Shown: positions 20,052 to 29,534 of the stretch, piece after piece
Layout: each line of letters begins with the position of its first letter
How positions within the stretch are numbered: the first letter of the stretch is position 1
Assembly (NCBI GenBank): GCA_016195325.1
Contig: JACPZX010000067.1
Location: forward strand, 15,559 to 79,558
From: Acidobacteriota bacterium
GTDB lineage: Bacteria; Acidobacteriota; Polarisedimenticolia; JACPZX01
Direction: 5' to 3'
Length of the DNA: 64,000 bases
The notes under the pieces: generated by a model
Told to the model about the DNA's origin: nothing
What the model saw: the letters and a program-made list of their open reading frames with translations, nothing else
Databases searched by the model: none
Translations under genes and position numbers: made by a program

Positions 20052-21176
20052 TCAACGCGGCTCGTCCGCTTCCGCCGGGATCTGCAGGCCCTCGATCTTC
20101 GCGGTGGTCCTCAGGCGGGAAAGGACGGACGCGATCGCGTCGCCCCGCCTCTTGAGACGGAGTTTTTCGCGGGCGGCGTCCCTGACCTTGTCGTACGTCT
20201 CGAGGCGCCCACCTCGTTCCTCGTAGACCTTCACGACGTGGTAGCCGCTCTCGCTCTCGACGATGCCGGTCATCTCCCCGGGCTTGAGGGCGAAGACCGC
20301 GCGATCGAGAGCCTCCGGGAGCCCTCCCCGCCGGACCCAGCCCACCATCCCGCCGCCCGGGCCCGTCCGATCCTCGGAGATGTCGCGCGCGACCGACTCG
20401 AACGATCTCCCCTCGCGAATCCTGTCGTACCCCTGCGTCAGCTTGACCTGCGCCGCGAGACGCTCCTTCTGGGGCTTGCCGAGCGGCGCGTTCACGAAGA
20501 TCTGCCCGATGCGGAGCCAGCGATCCGGGGTGAAGAGCTCGGGATGGTGGTCGTAGAAGGCGCGCGTCTCGTCGTCCGAGACGGTGAACTTCGCCTCGAT
20601 CTCCGCCTTGACGTACCTTTCGAGCGCCAGGGTCTTGGCGTAGGCGTGCCTCACCTCGGCCTTCGAGAGGCCGCGGCTCCGCTGCGTCGCGAGATACTTC
20701 GACTCGGAGCCCGTGGCGTCGCACTTCTGCGCGTAGATGGCGTCGATCTCGGCGCCCTTGGGCTCGTACCCCGTCCGCACCGCCTCCTGGTAGAGGAGCT
20801 CCTCGTCGATGGCCTTGTCGAGCGCAATCTGGCGCGCCCCGACGTACTTCTCGACCGACTCGGGGTCGCCGTCGCGAACCTGATCCCGCAGCGCGGTGAG
20901 GATCTGATCGTAGGTCGACCGGTAGATCGTCTCGCCGTTGACCGTCGCGATCGGCGGGGTGAGGTGCTCGGCGGGGTCCTCCGCGGCCGGAACCGATTTC
21001 CCCGTCGTCGCGGGCTTCGTCCCGGGCGGCACCGCGGGGGCCGGCGCGGCCGCGGCGGCGTTCGAGTCGGCGGGAGCGGGGGCGACGGCTCCGGCGCCGG
21101 GGGCTCCCTGCCCGCAGGCGGCGAGAAGGAGCCACGCGGCGAGCGCGGGCGCGACGCGGACGGCGTGTCGAGTCAT
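20052..21176 (-). CDS. SurA/PrsA-like parvulin peptidyl-prolyl isomerase lipoprotein
   Basis: Starts MTRHAVRVAPALAAWLLLAACGQ with a lipobox. The C-terminal rotamase motif is GGMVGWVRRGGLPEALDRAVFALKPGEMTGIVESESGYHVVKV. Confidence 0.7.
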   Translation of the reverse strand: MTRHAVRVAPALAAWLLLAACGQGAPGAGAVAPAPADSNAAAAAPAPAVPPGTKPATTGKSVPAAEDPAEHLTPPIATVNGETIYRSTYDQILTALRDQVRDGDPESVEKYVGARQIALDKAIDEELLYQEAVRTGYEPKGAEIDAIYAQKCDATGSESKYLATQRSRGLSKAEVRHAYAKTLALERYVKAEIEAKFTVSDDETRAFYDHHPELFTPDRWLRIGQIFVNAPLGKPQKERLAAQVKLTQGYDRIREGRSFESVARDISEDRTGPGGGMVGWVRRGGLPEALDRAVFALKPGEMTGIVESESGYHVVKVYEERGGRLETYDKVRDAAREKLRLKRRGDAIASVLSRLRTTAKIEGLQIPAEADEPR

Positions 21177-21241
21177 GGGCTGAGATCCCGGGCTTGCGTT
21201 CATCGGAAGGCCGCAGATCATAGGGACGGCGCCGGTTTCTT

Positions 21242-22897
21242 TCAAGGAACGGCCGGTTCGGAGGGCGCGAGCCGCTGGACGGCCTCTCTCGACTCGACCG
21301 ACCCTGGCTCCAGGATCAGGGCCGCCTCGAAATTCCTGAGGGCGCCGGCACGATCCCCCTGCTCCTCACGAAGCCGGCCGGCGAAAACGCGCAGGGGGGC
21401 GAACTCCGGAAAGACGGCCACGCCCCGATCGAGCTCCGATGCGGCCCTCCCTCCCTCCCCTCGCGCGGCGTACGCCCGCGACGCGATGACGTAGTCCTGC
21501 GGCCGGACCAGATCGAGATCGGGATAGTTCGTCGCCGTGTTGAGCGCGAGGAGGGCGAGGACGAGGGCGCCGGCCGCGACGAGGCGGCGGGGGCGCCCCG
21601 ACGCCGCGTCCGCCAGCAGCCGATCGATCCCCAGCCCCGCGAAGACCAGCATGAGCGGAACGTACGGGATGCGGAAGCGCGCGATCACGTAGAACGCCAC
21701 CGTCCCGGCGATCCCCGCCGCGAGGAAGAGGTAGTGCGGCATGAAGCGGCGCCAGGATCCGAAGGACACCACCAGGCCGAGAGCCGCCAGGGGCGAGACC
21801 GCGTAGAAGGTCGGGAGGCCGGCCCGGAGGAGGGGCGAGTTGATCCGGAAGTAGGCGTACGACGCGTTGTTCGGCATCTCGAAGGGGGCGAGGAAGTACG
21901 CGAGCTTTCGGAACTGCAGGGCGATCAGCTCGGAGTAGCGCCCGCGCCACGTCGAGAGGACCGTGCCCATCGTGCCGGCGAGCCCGCCACCGGTCCTCGA
22001 GAGCACCTCGCGGGCGTAGCCGGTGACGCGCGCGTCGTCGCCGTCGAACCAGCCGATGCCGATGTGGTACGGGTTGTTGCCGTTGATGAACTCGATCGGC
22101 CCGCGCGTCGTCGTCCGCAGCGCGGGGGCGCCCACGGCGACGTTCCGGGCGATGGCGGGGGCGAGGGCCAGCAGGAATCCGCACGCGAGCGCGCCGACCG
22201 CGGGCGCGGGGCGCTTCAACTCGCGCGAGAGGAAGATCCACGCGGCCAGGCACGGGAGGAAGATCAGCACGTTCGGCTTCGTCAGGTAGATCGCTCCCGC
22301 CAGCGCACCGGCGATCCCCCAGCGCGCCGGGCCCCCCGCGCGGCGCGCCGCCTCGACCGCGATCAGGAAGACGACGGTGAGCGTGACGAGGAGGGTGTCC
22401 CTGAGAAGGAGCGACTCGTAGTAGAGAAACGGGCCGTAGATCGCCGCGAGCCCCCCCGCCAGGAGCGCCGCCCGCTCCGGGGCGAGGCGGCGCGCGAGCA
22501 GGTACACGCCGGCGGCGGTCACGGCCCCGAGAAGGAACTGGAGCAGGACGACGGAGAGGGGCTCGCGCGGCGCCAGCGCGTAGACGAGCGCCACGAAGTA
22601 GGGATAGAGGGGATCCTGGTGGAAGACCTTCGGACCGTACCAGCCGAGCCACGTCGCCTCCGGCGCGATCGCGCGCTGCCACGGGTGATACGGATGGAAG
22701 TCTTGGCGGCCGAGCCAGTCGCCGTCGACGATCCGCAGCGCCCAGCGGTGGAACGTGTCCATGTCGGAGATCGGATCGGCGTTGATCGCCAGGCACCCGG
22801 TGTCGGCGATGGCCGCCCCATACCCGAGGCGCACGACGATCGCCAGAGTGAAGACGAGGAGCGCCCGCGCGCGCGGGGAGGCGAGAGTCGAGGCCAA
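21242..22897 (-). CDS. PMT/GT39-like polytopic membrane protein with C-terminal TPR, paralog 3
   Basis: Putative TTG start gives MASTLASPRARALLVFTLAIVV. There are about 11 TM helices. The C-terminus has a TPR-like ALRNFEAALILEPGS segment. Confidence 0.55.
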   Translation of the reverse strand: MASTLASPRARALLVFTLAIVVRLGYGAAIADTGCLAINADPISDMDTFHRWALRIVDGDWLGRQDFHPYHPWQRAIAPEATWLGWYGPKVFHQDPLYPYFVALVYALAPREPLSVVLLQFLLGAVTAAGVYLLARRLAPERAALLAGGLAAIYGPFLYYESLLLRDTLLVTLTVVFLIAVEAARRAGGPARWGIAGALAGAIYLTKPNVLIFLPCLAAWIFLSRELKRPAPAVGALACGFLLALAPAIARNVAVGAPALRTTTRGPIEFINGNNPYHIGIGWFDGDDARVTGYAREVLSRTGGGLAGTMGTVLSTWRGRYSELIALQFRKLAYFLAPFEMPNNASYAYFRINSPLLRAGLPTFYAVSPLAALGLVVSFGSWRRFMPHYLFLAAGIAGTVAFYVIARFRIPYVPLMLVFAGLGIDRLLADAASGRPRRLVAAGALVLALLALNTATNYPDLDLVRPQDYVIASRAYAARGEGGRAASELDRGVAVFPEFAPLRVFAGRLREEQGDRAGALRNFEAALILEPGSVESREAVQRLAPSEPAVP

Positions 22898-22908
22898 CGC
22901 GGAGGGCC

Positions 22909-23847
22909 TCAGGGCCCCTTGATCTCGATGTGGCGGATGGAGATCGCCTTGCGCGGGCGGAAGGTGGCGGCGCCGCCGACGCCGTCGACCTCGAGGGCGC
23001 TCAGGGCGTCGAGCACCTCCTGGCCGGCGCGGACGTACGCGAAGAAGGTGTGAAGCCCCTTGTACGCCGGCTGGACGTCGAGGAGGATGAAGAACATCGT
23101 CGCGCTCGTCAGCGTGGTCTCGCGGCGCACCGCCCCGACCAGCCCCCGCCCCGGCCGGATCGACTCGTCGATTTCGGGGGCGAGCTGGTTCTGCCACCCG
23201 CCGTTCCCCGTCCCGGTCGCATCGCCGGTGTCGGCCTCGACGCCGGGCATCACGCGGTAGAACGGCAGCCCGTCGTAGAAACCGCCGCGCGCCAGGTCCA
23301 CGAAGTTCCTGACGTGAACGGGCGCCTGCTCCGGCATGAGGACCATCTCGAGCGTCCCGAGATCGGTCGTCACGACGGCGATCCGATCCCGCTCCCTGTC
23401 GTACGGTGGGGCGATGAAGAAGTCGTAGTGCGACGTCTCCCACTCGCCGCACGTCCAGGCGATGCGAAACCTTCCCGCTTTCCGGATCTTCGCCCGCCGG
23501 CTGACCTCGAGATCGAAACGGCGCTCGGTCCGCGGGGGGAGCATCAGGGCCTTCCCGTCGCCGATCGCTCCCGAGTAGCGCACGGCCTTTCCCTCGCCGA
23601 CCGGGAGGATCGACACGGCGCTCCCCTCGAAGCACGCCTCGGGGACCGTCACCGCGACGTTCGAGGGGTTCTTCAGCGTGAGCTGCATCACGATCCCCTC
23701 GTCGAGATCGTAGGTGAGGCGCGCCACGAGGATCGTCGGCTCGACGCGCGCGATCGCCCCGACGTCCACCGCGCCCTGATCCGCCGCGGCCGGGACCGCC
23801 GCGAGCAGGGCCGCGCACGCCGCGACGGCCGCAAGAGCGCGCGTCAC
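22909..23847 (-). CDS. secreted cyclophilin-type peptidyl-prolyl isomerase with N-terminal extra domain
   Basis: GTG start, signal peptide VTRALAAVAACAALLAAVPAAA. The C-terminal half (HVRNFVDLARGGFYDGLPFYRVMPG...) is a cyclophilin fold. Confidence 0.75.
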   Translation of the reverse strand: MTRALAAVAACAALLAAVPAAADQGAVDVGAIARVEPTILVARLTYDLDEGIVMQLTLKNPSNVAVTVPEACFEGSAVSILPVGEGKAVRYSGAIGDGKALMLPPRTERRFDLEVSRRAKIRKAGRFRIAWTCGEWETSHYDFFIAPPYDRERDRIAVVTTDLGTLEMVLMPEQAPVHVRNFVDLARGGFYDGLPFYRVMPGVEADTGDATGTGNGGWQNQLAPEIDESIRPGRGLVGAVRRETTLTSATMFFILLDVQPAYKGLHTFFAYVRAGQEVLDALSALEVDGVGGAATFRPRKAISIRHIEIKGP

Positions 23848-25253
23848 CGGGATCCCCCCGGCTTCGGGGCCGCCGCCGGGGCGGCGGGCTTCGCGCCGGC
23901 CGCCGACGCCGCCTCGGGGGGCGGCGCCCGCAGGGCCGACACGCTCCCCACGAGGTTTCCCGCGAGGGATCCGTCGAGCTGGTAGATCGCCGCCGTCGCG
24001 CTCGAAGCGACGAGGACCTTGCCGGGGGCGATCGCGCCGACCGTCAGCTCGACCGGCGCGGCGACATCCTTCGCCTTGAGCTTCAGCGTCAGCGCGGGCG
24101 TCCCCACGGTCCGGCCGGACGCGTCCGGAGGATCGATGAAGCCTCCGGCGCGGGCCGCGTCGAGCGCGGTCAGGAAATCGTCGACCGCCTTCGAAGGGAC
24201 CGCGGGCCCCGCGGCCCCTCCCGAGTGCCACACGGCCTCGCCGTCCTTCACGAGAGCCGTCTGCCCTTCGGGGGTCGTCGCCCGGATTTCGGTGAGCTGG
24301 TACCGATCGACCGGGGCGATCCTCACGTCGCGATAGTCCGCGACGACGACCGACAGCTTGTCCACCGTCTCGCCCTTCACCCTGAAGACCTCGGGGAGAT
24401 CGGCCCGCTTCGCGCGCACGAGCCCGTTGGGATCCTTCGCCGAGAAGGCGACCTCGATCGCCTTCCCGTCCCGATCCGTCAGGCTCAGCGTCGTCCCGGG
24501 GTGCGCGAGCCCCGCGGCCTCGGCCGTGGTCCCCTCGGGCTCGAACCCCTCCGCGGCGATCGCGGAGGCGTCGAAGAGAAGGTTGCTGACCTTGGCCCGA
24601 TCCGCCGGAAACGCGATCGGCGACTCGAGGCGCCACTCCTCGCCCGTCTTCGCGAAGGCCACGGTCGCGCCGCCGCGGGAGATCTTGAAGCGCGCGATCT
24701 TCCACGAATCGATCCCGACGACCTTCTTGTACCTGAGCTTGTCCGGCGTCGCCTGGAGAAGCCTGTCGATGGACGTGGACGTCGTGACGACGTCGCCCGA
24801 CTCGCCGCGGCGGGCGTAATACGCGGATCCGACCGCCGCCTTGTCGCCCACCAGGAGCGTGACGTCGGGCCGACCGTCCACCCTCTTCACCACGATCTTC
24901 AGCGCGGGCGGCGCGAGCTTGTAGGCGCCGAGGTCGTCCGCCGAGGCCTTGAGGGTCCGGTCGGTCTCGAGCCACGAGAGCGTCGACAGCAGCCCCTGGA
25001 CCTCCTCCTCGTCGGCGCGCGCCAGGACCGGCGACGTCAGGCGCCACCCGCCCGCCTCCTTCGCGATGCGGATCGCGCCGTCCTGCCGGACGAGCTCCAG
25101 ACCCGCCACGCCGTTGGGATCGAACTCGAGGAGCTTCTTCTTCGCCGCCTCCTCCTTCTGGCGCCCCTCCTCCCCGCGGTACTCGTAGAAGTAGATCCAC
25201 GAGGCGAGCGCCGCCAGGACGGCGGCGGCGAGGAACGTGTTCCGGAACCTCAC
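23844..25253 (-). CDS. DUF4340-domain protein (GldG-associated periplasmic component)
   Basis: GTG start overlaps the gldG stop (GTGA). The N-terminal TM (FLAAAVLAALASWIYF) is followed by a repetitive beta-rich region typical of DUF4340. The C-terminus is Ala/Pro-rich. Confidence 0.6.
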   Translation of the reverse strand: MRFRNTFLAAAVLAALASWIYFYEYRGEEGRQKEEAAKKKLLEFDPNGVAGLELVRQDGAIRIAKEAGGWRLTSPVLARADEEEVQGLLSTLSWLETDRTLKASADDLGAYKLAPPALKIVVKRVDGRPDVTLLVGDKAAVGSAYYARRGESGDVVTTSTSIDRLLQATPDKLRYKKVVGIDSWKIARFKISRGGATVAFAKTGEEWRLESPIAFPADRAKVSNLLFDASAIAAEGFEPEGTTAEAAGLAHPGTTLSLTDRDGKAIEVAFSAKDPNGLVRAKRADLPEVFRVKGETVDKLSVVVADYRDVRIAPVDRYQLTEIRATTPEGQTALVKDGEAVWHSGGAAGPAVPSKAVDDFLTALDAARAGGFIDPPDASGRTVGTPALTLKLKAKDVAAPVELTVGAIAPGKVLVASSATAAIYQLDGSLAGNLVGSVSALRAPPPEAASAAGAKPAAPAAAPKPGGSR

Positions 25254-26824
25254 AGCTTCTTCCTCCGCTGCCAGATCACGACCCCGCAGATCACGACGAG
25301 GAGCGGCGAGACGTAGGTCATGAGGGACAGGAGGTTCTGGCGCGACGCGGTCAGCGTGATCGGCTGGGGGCTCTTCTCCTTGGAGCGGATCGAGATCAGA
25401 TCCGACTCCTCGGTCAGCCACGCCACCGAGTTCAGGAAGAGGTCCTTGTTGGCGGACAGGTGCAGGTACGTGTTCGACGCGAAGTCGCTGTCGCCGATGA
25501 CGACGAGCCGCTTTTCCTTCCCGGGGGGCGCGGGCGGCGCGGCGTTCGGATCGGCGGGGGCGTTCGGATCCTTCGCCTCCGCCCCGGCGGTCTTGCCGGA
25601 CGCGACGGCGACGAGGCCGGCGGGGCCCGGGTGATCGACCTTCGGGTCGAACTCGATCCGGTCCCCCGTCTCGCCCCACGCGTCGGCTCCGGTCCTCGCG
25701 ATGATCTGCGAGGTGATCCCCGGTTCGGTGGGCTGCGTCTTCTCGATCGAAGAGGCGACCGGGAAGATGCTCACCACGCGGCTGTCGCGCAGCTCCTTCG
25801 TGACCGGGTGGTCGTCGTAGTCGGCGGCGATCGGCACGGTCTCGTCGCCCACGATCGCCCGCGAGAGCCGGTCCACGACGACATCGCTGTTCTGCTTGAG
25901 GCCGTACTTCTCGAGAAGGGGCGCGAGCCCCGTCTCCTTCGACGGGTCGCGCTTGAGGGCGAAGACGCGCCCCCCGGCGTCGAGGTACTTCGTGATCGAG
26001 TCGACCTCGGGGGGAAGCAGCGCCGTCGTCGGCCCCGCCACGACCACCGCGCTGCATTCGGCGGGGACGGCCGGGGTCTGGAGGAGCAGGACATCCTTGA
26101 GGTCGTAGTTCTCCTTGCGGAGCGCGTCGGCGACGAGCGAGTAGCCTCCCTGCTTGGCGTCGGCTGTTGCGTCCTCCCCGTGCCCGGTCGTGAAGCAGAT
26201 CTGCTTCTTGTCCTTCCGGCTCGACTTGATGATCGCGTTGGTCAGATCTTCCTCGGAGACGTTGGTCGTGCGCGCCTCGCCGGTGTCGGCGAGGACGACG
26301 AGCGTCCCGTCCTGCGAGATCTGGTACTTCCTCGCCTCCGACGGGGACTTGATCGGGTCGACCATCCGGACCTTGAGGTGGTCCGTCTGGTACTTGTACT
26401 CGTCGGCCAGGTCCTCGAGCTTGCGCCGCTGCTCGTTGGTCTCGGTGAAGAAGGCGACCAGCTCCACGTCCTTCTGGAGCGACTTGAGGATCTTCACGGT
26501 CTGCGGCGAGAGGGTGTGCGCCCCTTCCGCCGTCAGATCGAACCTCTTGTGGTGCTGCGCCGCGAGAAAGTTGACCGCGCCGACGATGAGCAGGACGACG
26601 AGCGAGTAGAAGGCGGCGTTCGCGCCGTAGCGGACGGCGCGCCCCTTCAGGATGTTGGCGAGGTCCTCGAGGTTCAGCGCGACCGCGGTGATGGCCAGCA
26701 CGCCGCCGACCGCCATGAGCACGAAGCCCGCGAGCCGCTGCTCGGGGGCGAAGGTGGTGAACCCGCCCCCGGCCAGGAGCAGGACCACGCCCAGCGGGCC
26801 GGAGAAGGCCTTGAGTGAATTCAC
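25250..26824 (-). CDS. gldG: GldG-family ABC-transporter auxiliary protein
   Basis: 524 aa. Has N- and C-terminal TM anchors around a large periplasmic domain, with full-length similarity to GldG / 'ABC-type uncharacterized transport system' proteins. Lys-rich, locally lower GC. Confidence 0.75.
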   Translation of the reverse strand: MNSLKAFSGPLGVVLLLAGGGFTTFAPEQRLAGFVLMAVGGVLAITAVALNLEDLANILKGRAVRYGANAAFYSLVVLLIVGAVNFLAAQHHKRFDLTAEGAHTLSPQTVKILKSLQKDVELVAFFTETNEQRRKLEDLADEYKYQTDHLKVRMVDPIKSPSEARKYQISQDGTLVVLADTGEARTTNVSEEDLTNAIIKSSRKDKKQICFTTGHGEDATADAKQGGYSLVADALRKENYDLKDVLLLQTPAVPAECSAVVVAGPTTALLPPEVDSITKYLDAGGRVFALKRDPSKETGLAPLLEKYGLKQNSDVVVDRLSRAIVGDETVPIAADYDDHPVTKELRDSRVVSIFPVASSIEKTQPTEPGITSQIIARTGADAWGETGDRIEFDPKVDHPGPAGLVAVASGKTAGAEAKDPNAPADPNAAPPAPPGKEKRLVVIGDSDFASNTYLHLSANKDLFLNSVAWLTEESDLISIRSKEKSPQPITLTASRQNLLSLMTYVSPLLVVICGVVIWQRRKKL

Positions 26825-26830
26825 GGCTCT

Positions 26831-27601
26831 CTACCTCCACCTGCGGGATTCGACGGCCCGCTGCGTCAGGAACAGGTTGAATGCGATGAAGGAGAGGAAG
26901 AAGACGACGTTCTTCGTGTCGACGACCCCCTTGGAGAACTCCTCCGTGTTCTCCGTGAGCGAGATCGCCTTGAACAGGGTCTCCACCTTCCCTCCCGCCA
27001 TCTGCCCGGCGAAGCCGATCACCCAGAGCACGAGGAGAAGGACGAAGCAGGTCACCGCCGCGACGATCTGGTTCTCGGTGAGCGACGACATGAAGAGCCC
27101 GACCGAGAGGAACGCCCCGGCGAGAAGGCATGCGCCCCCGAACGCCGACAGGAACGACCCCAGCGGCGGAGCCGAGCCCGAGATCCAGAGGAAGAGCGGG
27201 TACTGGACCGTCAGGAGCATGATGACGATCAGGAACGACAGCGCCCCGAGGAACTTCCCGAGCACCAGCTCCGACGTCTTCACGGGCGCGGTGAGGAGGA
27301 GCTCCGCGGTCCCCTGCTTCTTCTCCTCCGCGAGGAGCCGCATCGACACGAGCGGCACGATGAAGAGGAGGATGACGTGGAAGTTCGAGTACAGCGGCCG
27401 GATGAGCGCGTCGTGGAGGTTGAGCTGCTCCGCCATGTAGGGGTTCATCCCCGCCTGGAGGGTGTACTGCGAGTACGAGCGCACGAAGAGATCGAAGAAG
27501 AGCCCGGTCACGGCGAGGAAGAAGCCGATGACGACGTAGGCGAGCGGTGAGACGAAGTACGCGTACAGCTCGCGCCGCGCGATGGCGAAGGTGGTCCTCA
27601 C
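26831..27601 (-). CDS. ABC-2 type permease (GldF-like)
   Basis: 256 aa with 6 TM helices. ELYAYFVSPLAYVVIGFFL is an ABC-2 family N-terminus. Confidence 0.8.
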   Translation of the reverse strand: MRTTFAIARRELYAYFVSPLAYVVIGFFLAVTGLFFDLFVRSYSQYTLQAGMNPYMAEQLNLHDALIRPLYSNFHVILLFIVPLVSMRLLAEEKKQGTAELLLTAPVKTSELVLGKFLGALSFLIVIMLLTVQYPLFLWISGSAPPLGSFLSAFGGACLLAGAFLSVGLFMSSLTENQIVAAVTCFVLLLVLWVIGFAGQMAGGKVETLFKAISLTENTEEFSKGVVDTKNVVFFLSFIAFNLFLTQRAVESRRWR

Positions 27602-28620
27602 AGGGCACCTCCCTGAGCCGCCGCCAGCGTCTCCCCGGGTGTCCCGACCGGCGCGGCCGGTCGCCCGTTCGAGGGCTCGCCTCTCTCCGCGGCCGGCGCG
27701 ATCCGCCGCGTCGCCTCGAGGTAGATCTCCTCGAGCGTCCGCGTCACCTGCGTCATCTCGACCAGCCCCCAGCCGCCGCGGACCGTCGCGCGCGCGATCT
27801 CCTCGCGCACCGCGTCGCCGGCCCGCGCCTCGACGAGGTAGCCGCCCGGGTCGCCGAGAGGCGCCACCGACGCGACCCCCTCGATCTGGCGGAGCGCCGC
27901 CGACACAGTCTCGCCGTCGCGCGCGACGCGGACGCGGAGCCTCTCGGCCCCGGACCCCGCCCCGGCGAGCCCCTCGAGGCTCCCCTCCTGCACGATCTCA
28001 CCGTAAGAGATGATGGCGACGCGCGAGCAGGTGACCGTGACCTCCGGGAGGATGTGCGTCGAGAGGATGATGGTCCGCTCGCCGCCGAGCGACTTGATGA
28101 GGTTCCGGATCTCGATGATCTGCTCCGGGTCGAGGCCGACCGTCGGCTCGTCGAGGATCAGCACCGGGGGATCGTGGAGGATCGCCTGCGCGAGGCCGAC
28201 GCGCTGCCGGAATCCTTTCGACAGGTTTCCGATCACGCGTGAGGCGACGTGGGCGAGGCCGCACCGCTCGATCGCGCCCGAGACTTTCTGCCGGACCTGC
28301 GACGAGGGGACCTTTCGAATCCTCGCGACGAACTCGAGGTAGGCCCTGACGGACATCTCGGGATACACCGGGGGGTTCTCGGGAAGGTAGCCGATGCGCC
28401 GCTTCACCTCCATCGGGCTCTCAAAGACATCGAATCCGCCGATCGTCGCCGACCCCTCGTCGGGAGGCATGTAGCACGTCAGGATGCGCATCGTGGTGGT
28501 CTTGCCCGCGCCGTTGGGCCCGAGGAAGCCGAGGATCTCTCCCTTCCCGACGTTGAAAGTGACCTTCCTGATGGCGGGCCGCCCGCCGAACGACTTGGTC
28601 AATCCATGCACTTCAATCAC
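27598..28620 (-). CDS. ABC transporter ATP-binding protein (GldA-like)
   Basis: Walker A is GPNGAGKTT, signature is LSKGFRQR, Walker B is ILDEPTVGLD. GTG start is preceded by GGAGGGAG. Confidence 0.9.
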   Translation of the reverse strand: MIEVHGLTKSFGGRPAIRKVTFNVGKGEILGFLGPNGAGKTTTMRILTCYMPPDEGSATIGGFDVFESPMEVKRRIGYLPENPPVYPEMSVRAYLEFVARIRKVPSSQVRQKVSGAIERCGLAHVASRVIGNLSKGFRQRVGLAQAILHDPPVLILDEPTVGLDPEQIIEIRNLIKSLGGERTIILSTHILPEVTVTCSRVAIISYGEIVQEGSLEGLAGAGSGAERLRVRVARDGETVSAALRQIEGVASVAPLGDPGGYLVEARAGDAVREEIARATVRGGWGLVEMTQVTRTLEEIYLEATRRIAPAAERGEPSNGRPAAPVGTPGETLAAAQGGAL

Positions 28621-28729
28621 GGAATGACTCCCTCCATGAACCTGGCTCCTTCGTCATCTTGTGCTCTTCGAATGGGGATTTGGTTGCGACGATAAACCCT
28701 GTTATTGCATGGGATTACAACGGGCCGAA

Positions 28730-28759
28730 ACTATAGCGGAGAGATCTTCGGGATGTCAA
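28730..28759 (-). promoter_or_regulatory. near-consensus sigma70 promoter for the ABC/GldG/DUF4340 operon
   Basis: The minus strand reads cTTGACAt-N18-TATAGT. The -35 is a perfect TTGACA, the -10 matches 5 of 6, and the spacer is 18 nt. It lies about 110 nt upstream of the ATPase GTG in a locally AT-rich island. Confidence 0.45.
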
Positions 28760-29040
28760 GGAGGGATCGCGGCGCGGTGCTGGCCCATGTCGCCGCGGAG
28801 GAGACGGCCTGCGCGCGTGAGGTAATCGCGCTCGGCCTCGGCTTTGCTCGGCCACCCACTCCGGCGGCGCCGGAGCGTTTGATGACAGGAGGCGCCAAGC
28901 GCCTGCGCGGGTACCCTTCGGCCGCAGACCGCAGCGGCCGAATCTCGCGGGCAGCCGCTCGCCGGCTCGCGGCGCTCGTGGCCTCGTCCCAGACGCTCCT
29001 CCGTGGCGACATGGGCCAACACCGCGGCCTCGTTGTTGGT

Positions 29041-29433
29041 TCAGGTGCGTGCGCGCACGGGTCGGGGATCGACGACGCTGTCGATCGAGGCGCCGGCGAC
29101 GCGGGCCGTCGGCGGCGACCGATGGAGCCCCGGGCGCAGGGAGAAGGCGAGGGCGTCGATCGACTCGGGGGCGAGCCACTCGTTGAGGCGACTCAAGATG
29201 ACGGCGCGGAGGTGCTCGAGCTCGCGGAGCCAGACGGCGCTGCCCACGTCGACGATCAGGCACCCGCGCGCGAGCTTCGACGGGCGCGAAACCGCCCCGA
29301 GCGTCGGGCCGACGGCCCGGGACCACGCGCCGACGATCGCCAATCGGCGCATCGGTCCACCCGCTCGGGCGGTGCCGGCGAGTCGGCCGACTTCCTCGAG
29401 ACTGAGGAAGTCATGGGCCTTCCTCCTCCCCAC
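29041..29433 (-). CDS. DUF721-domain protein
   Basis: 130 aa. The pattern L..VG..LA..SRP..L..G.L.V.V.S..W..EL......IL.RLN (AIVGAWSRAVGPTLGAVSRPSKLARGCLIVDVGSAVWLRELEHLRAVILSRLN) matches the DUF721 consensus. Confidence 0.45.
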   Translation of the reverse strand: MGRRKAHDFLSLEEVGRLAGTARAGGPMRRLAIVGAWSRAVGPTLGAVSRPSKLARGCLIVDVGSAVWLRELEHLRAVILSRLNEWLAPESIDALAFSLRPGLHRSPPTARVAGASIDSVVDPRPVRART

Positions 29434-29534
29434 GCTCCACCCCTGTTCTGAATTGTATTGAAGGCGCGCATCCTACCGGATTCGCGAGGAGGGGGTCAAG
29501 AGAGCGAAGTGGGCCGCAGCGCGCCGACCCCTAG

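Noticed and set aside
28705-29451. 248-aa plus-strand ORF and 88-93-aa minus ORFs in the 28621-29040 gap
   Set aside because: The plus ORF is mostly antisense to the DUF721 gene. All have R/A-rich low-complexity translations without motifs. The region is better explained as promoter or leader of the ABC operon.
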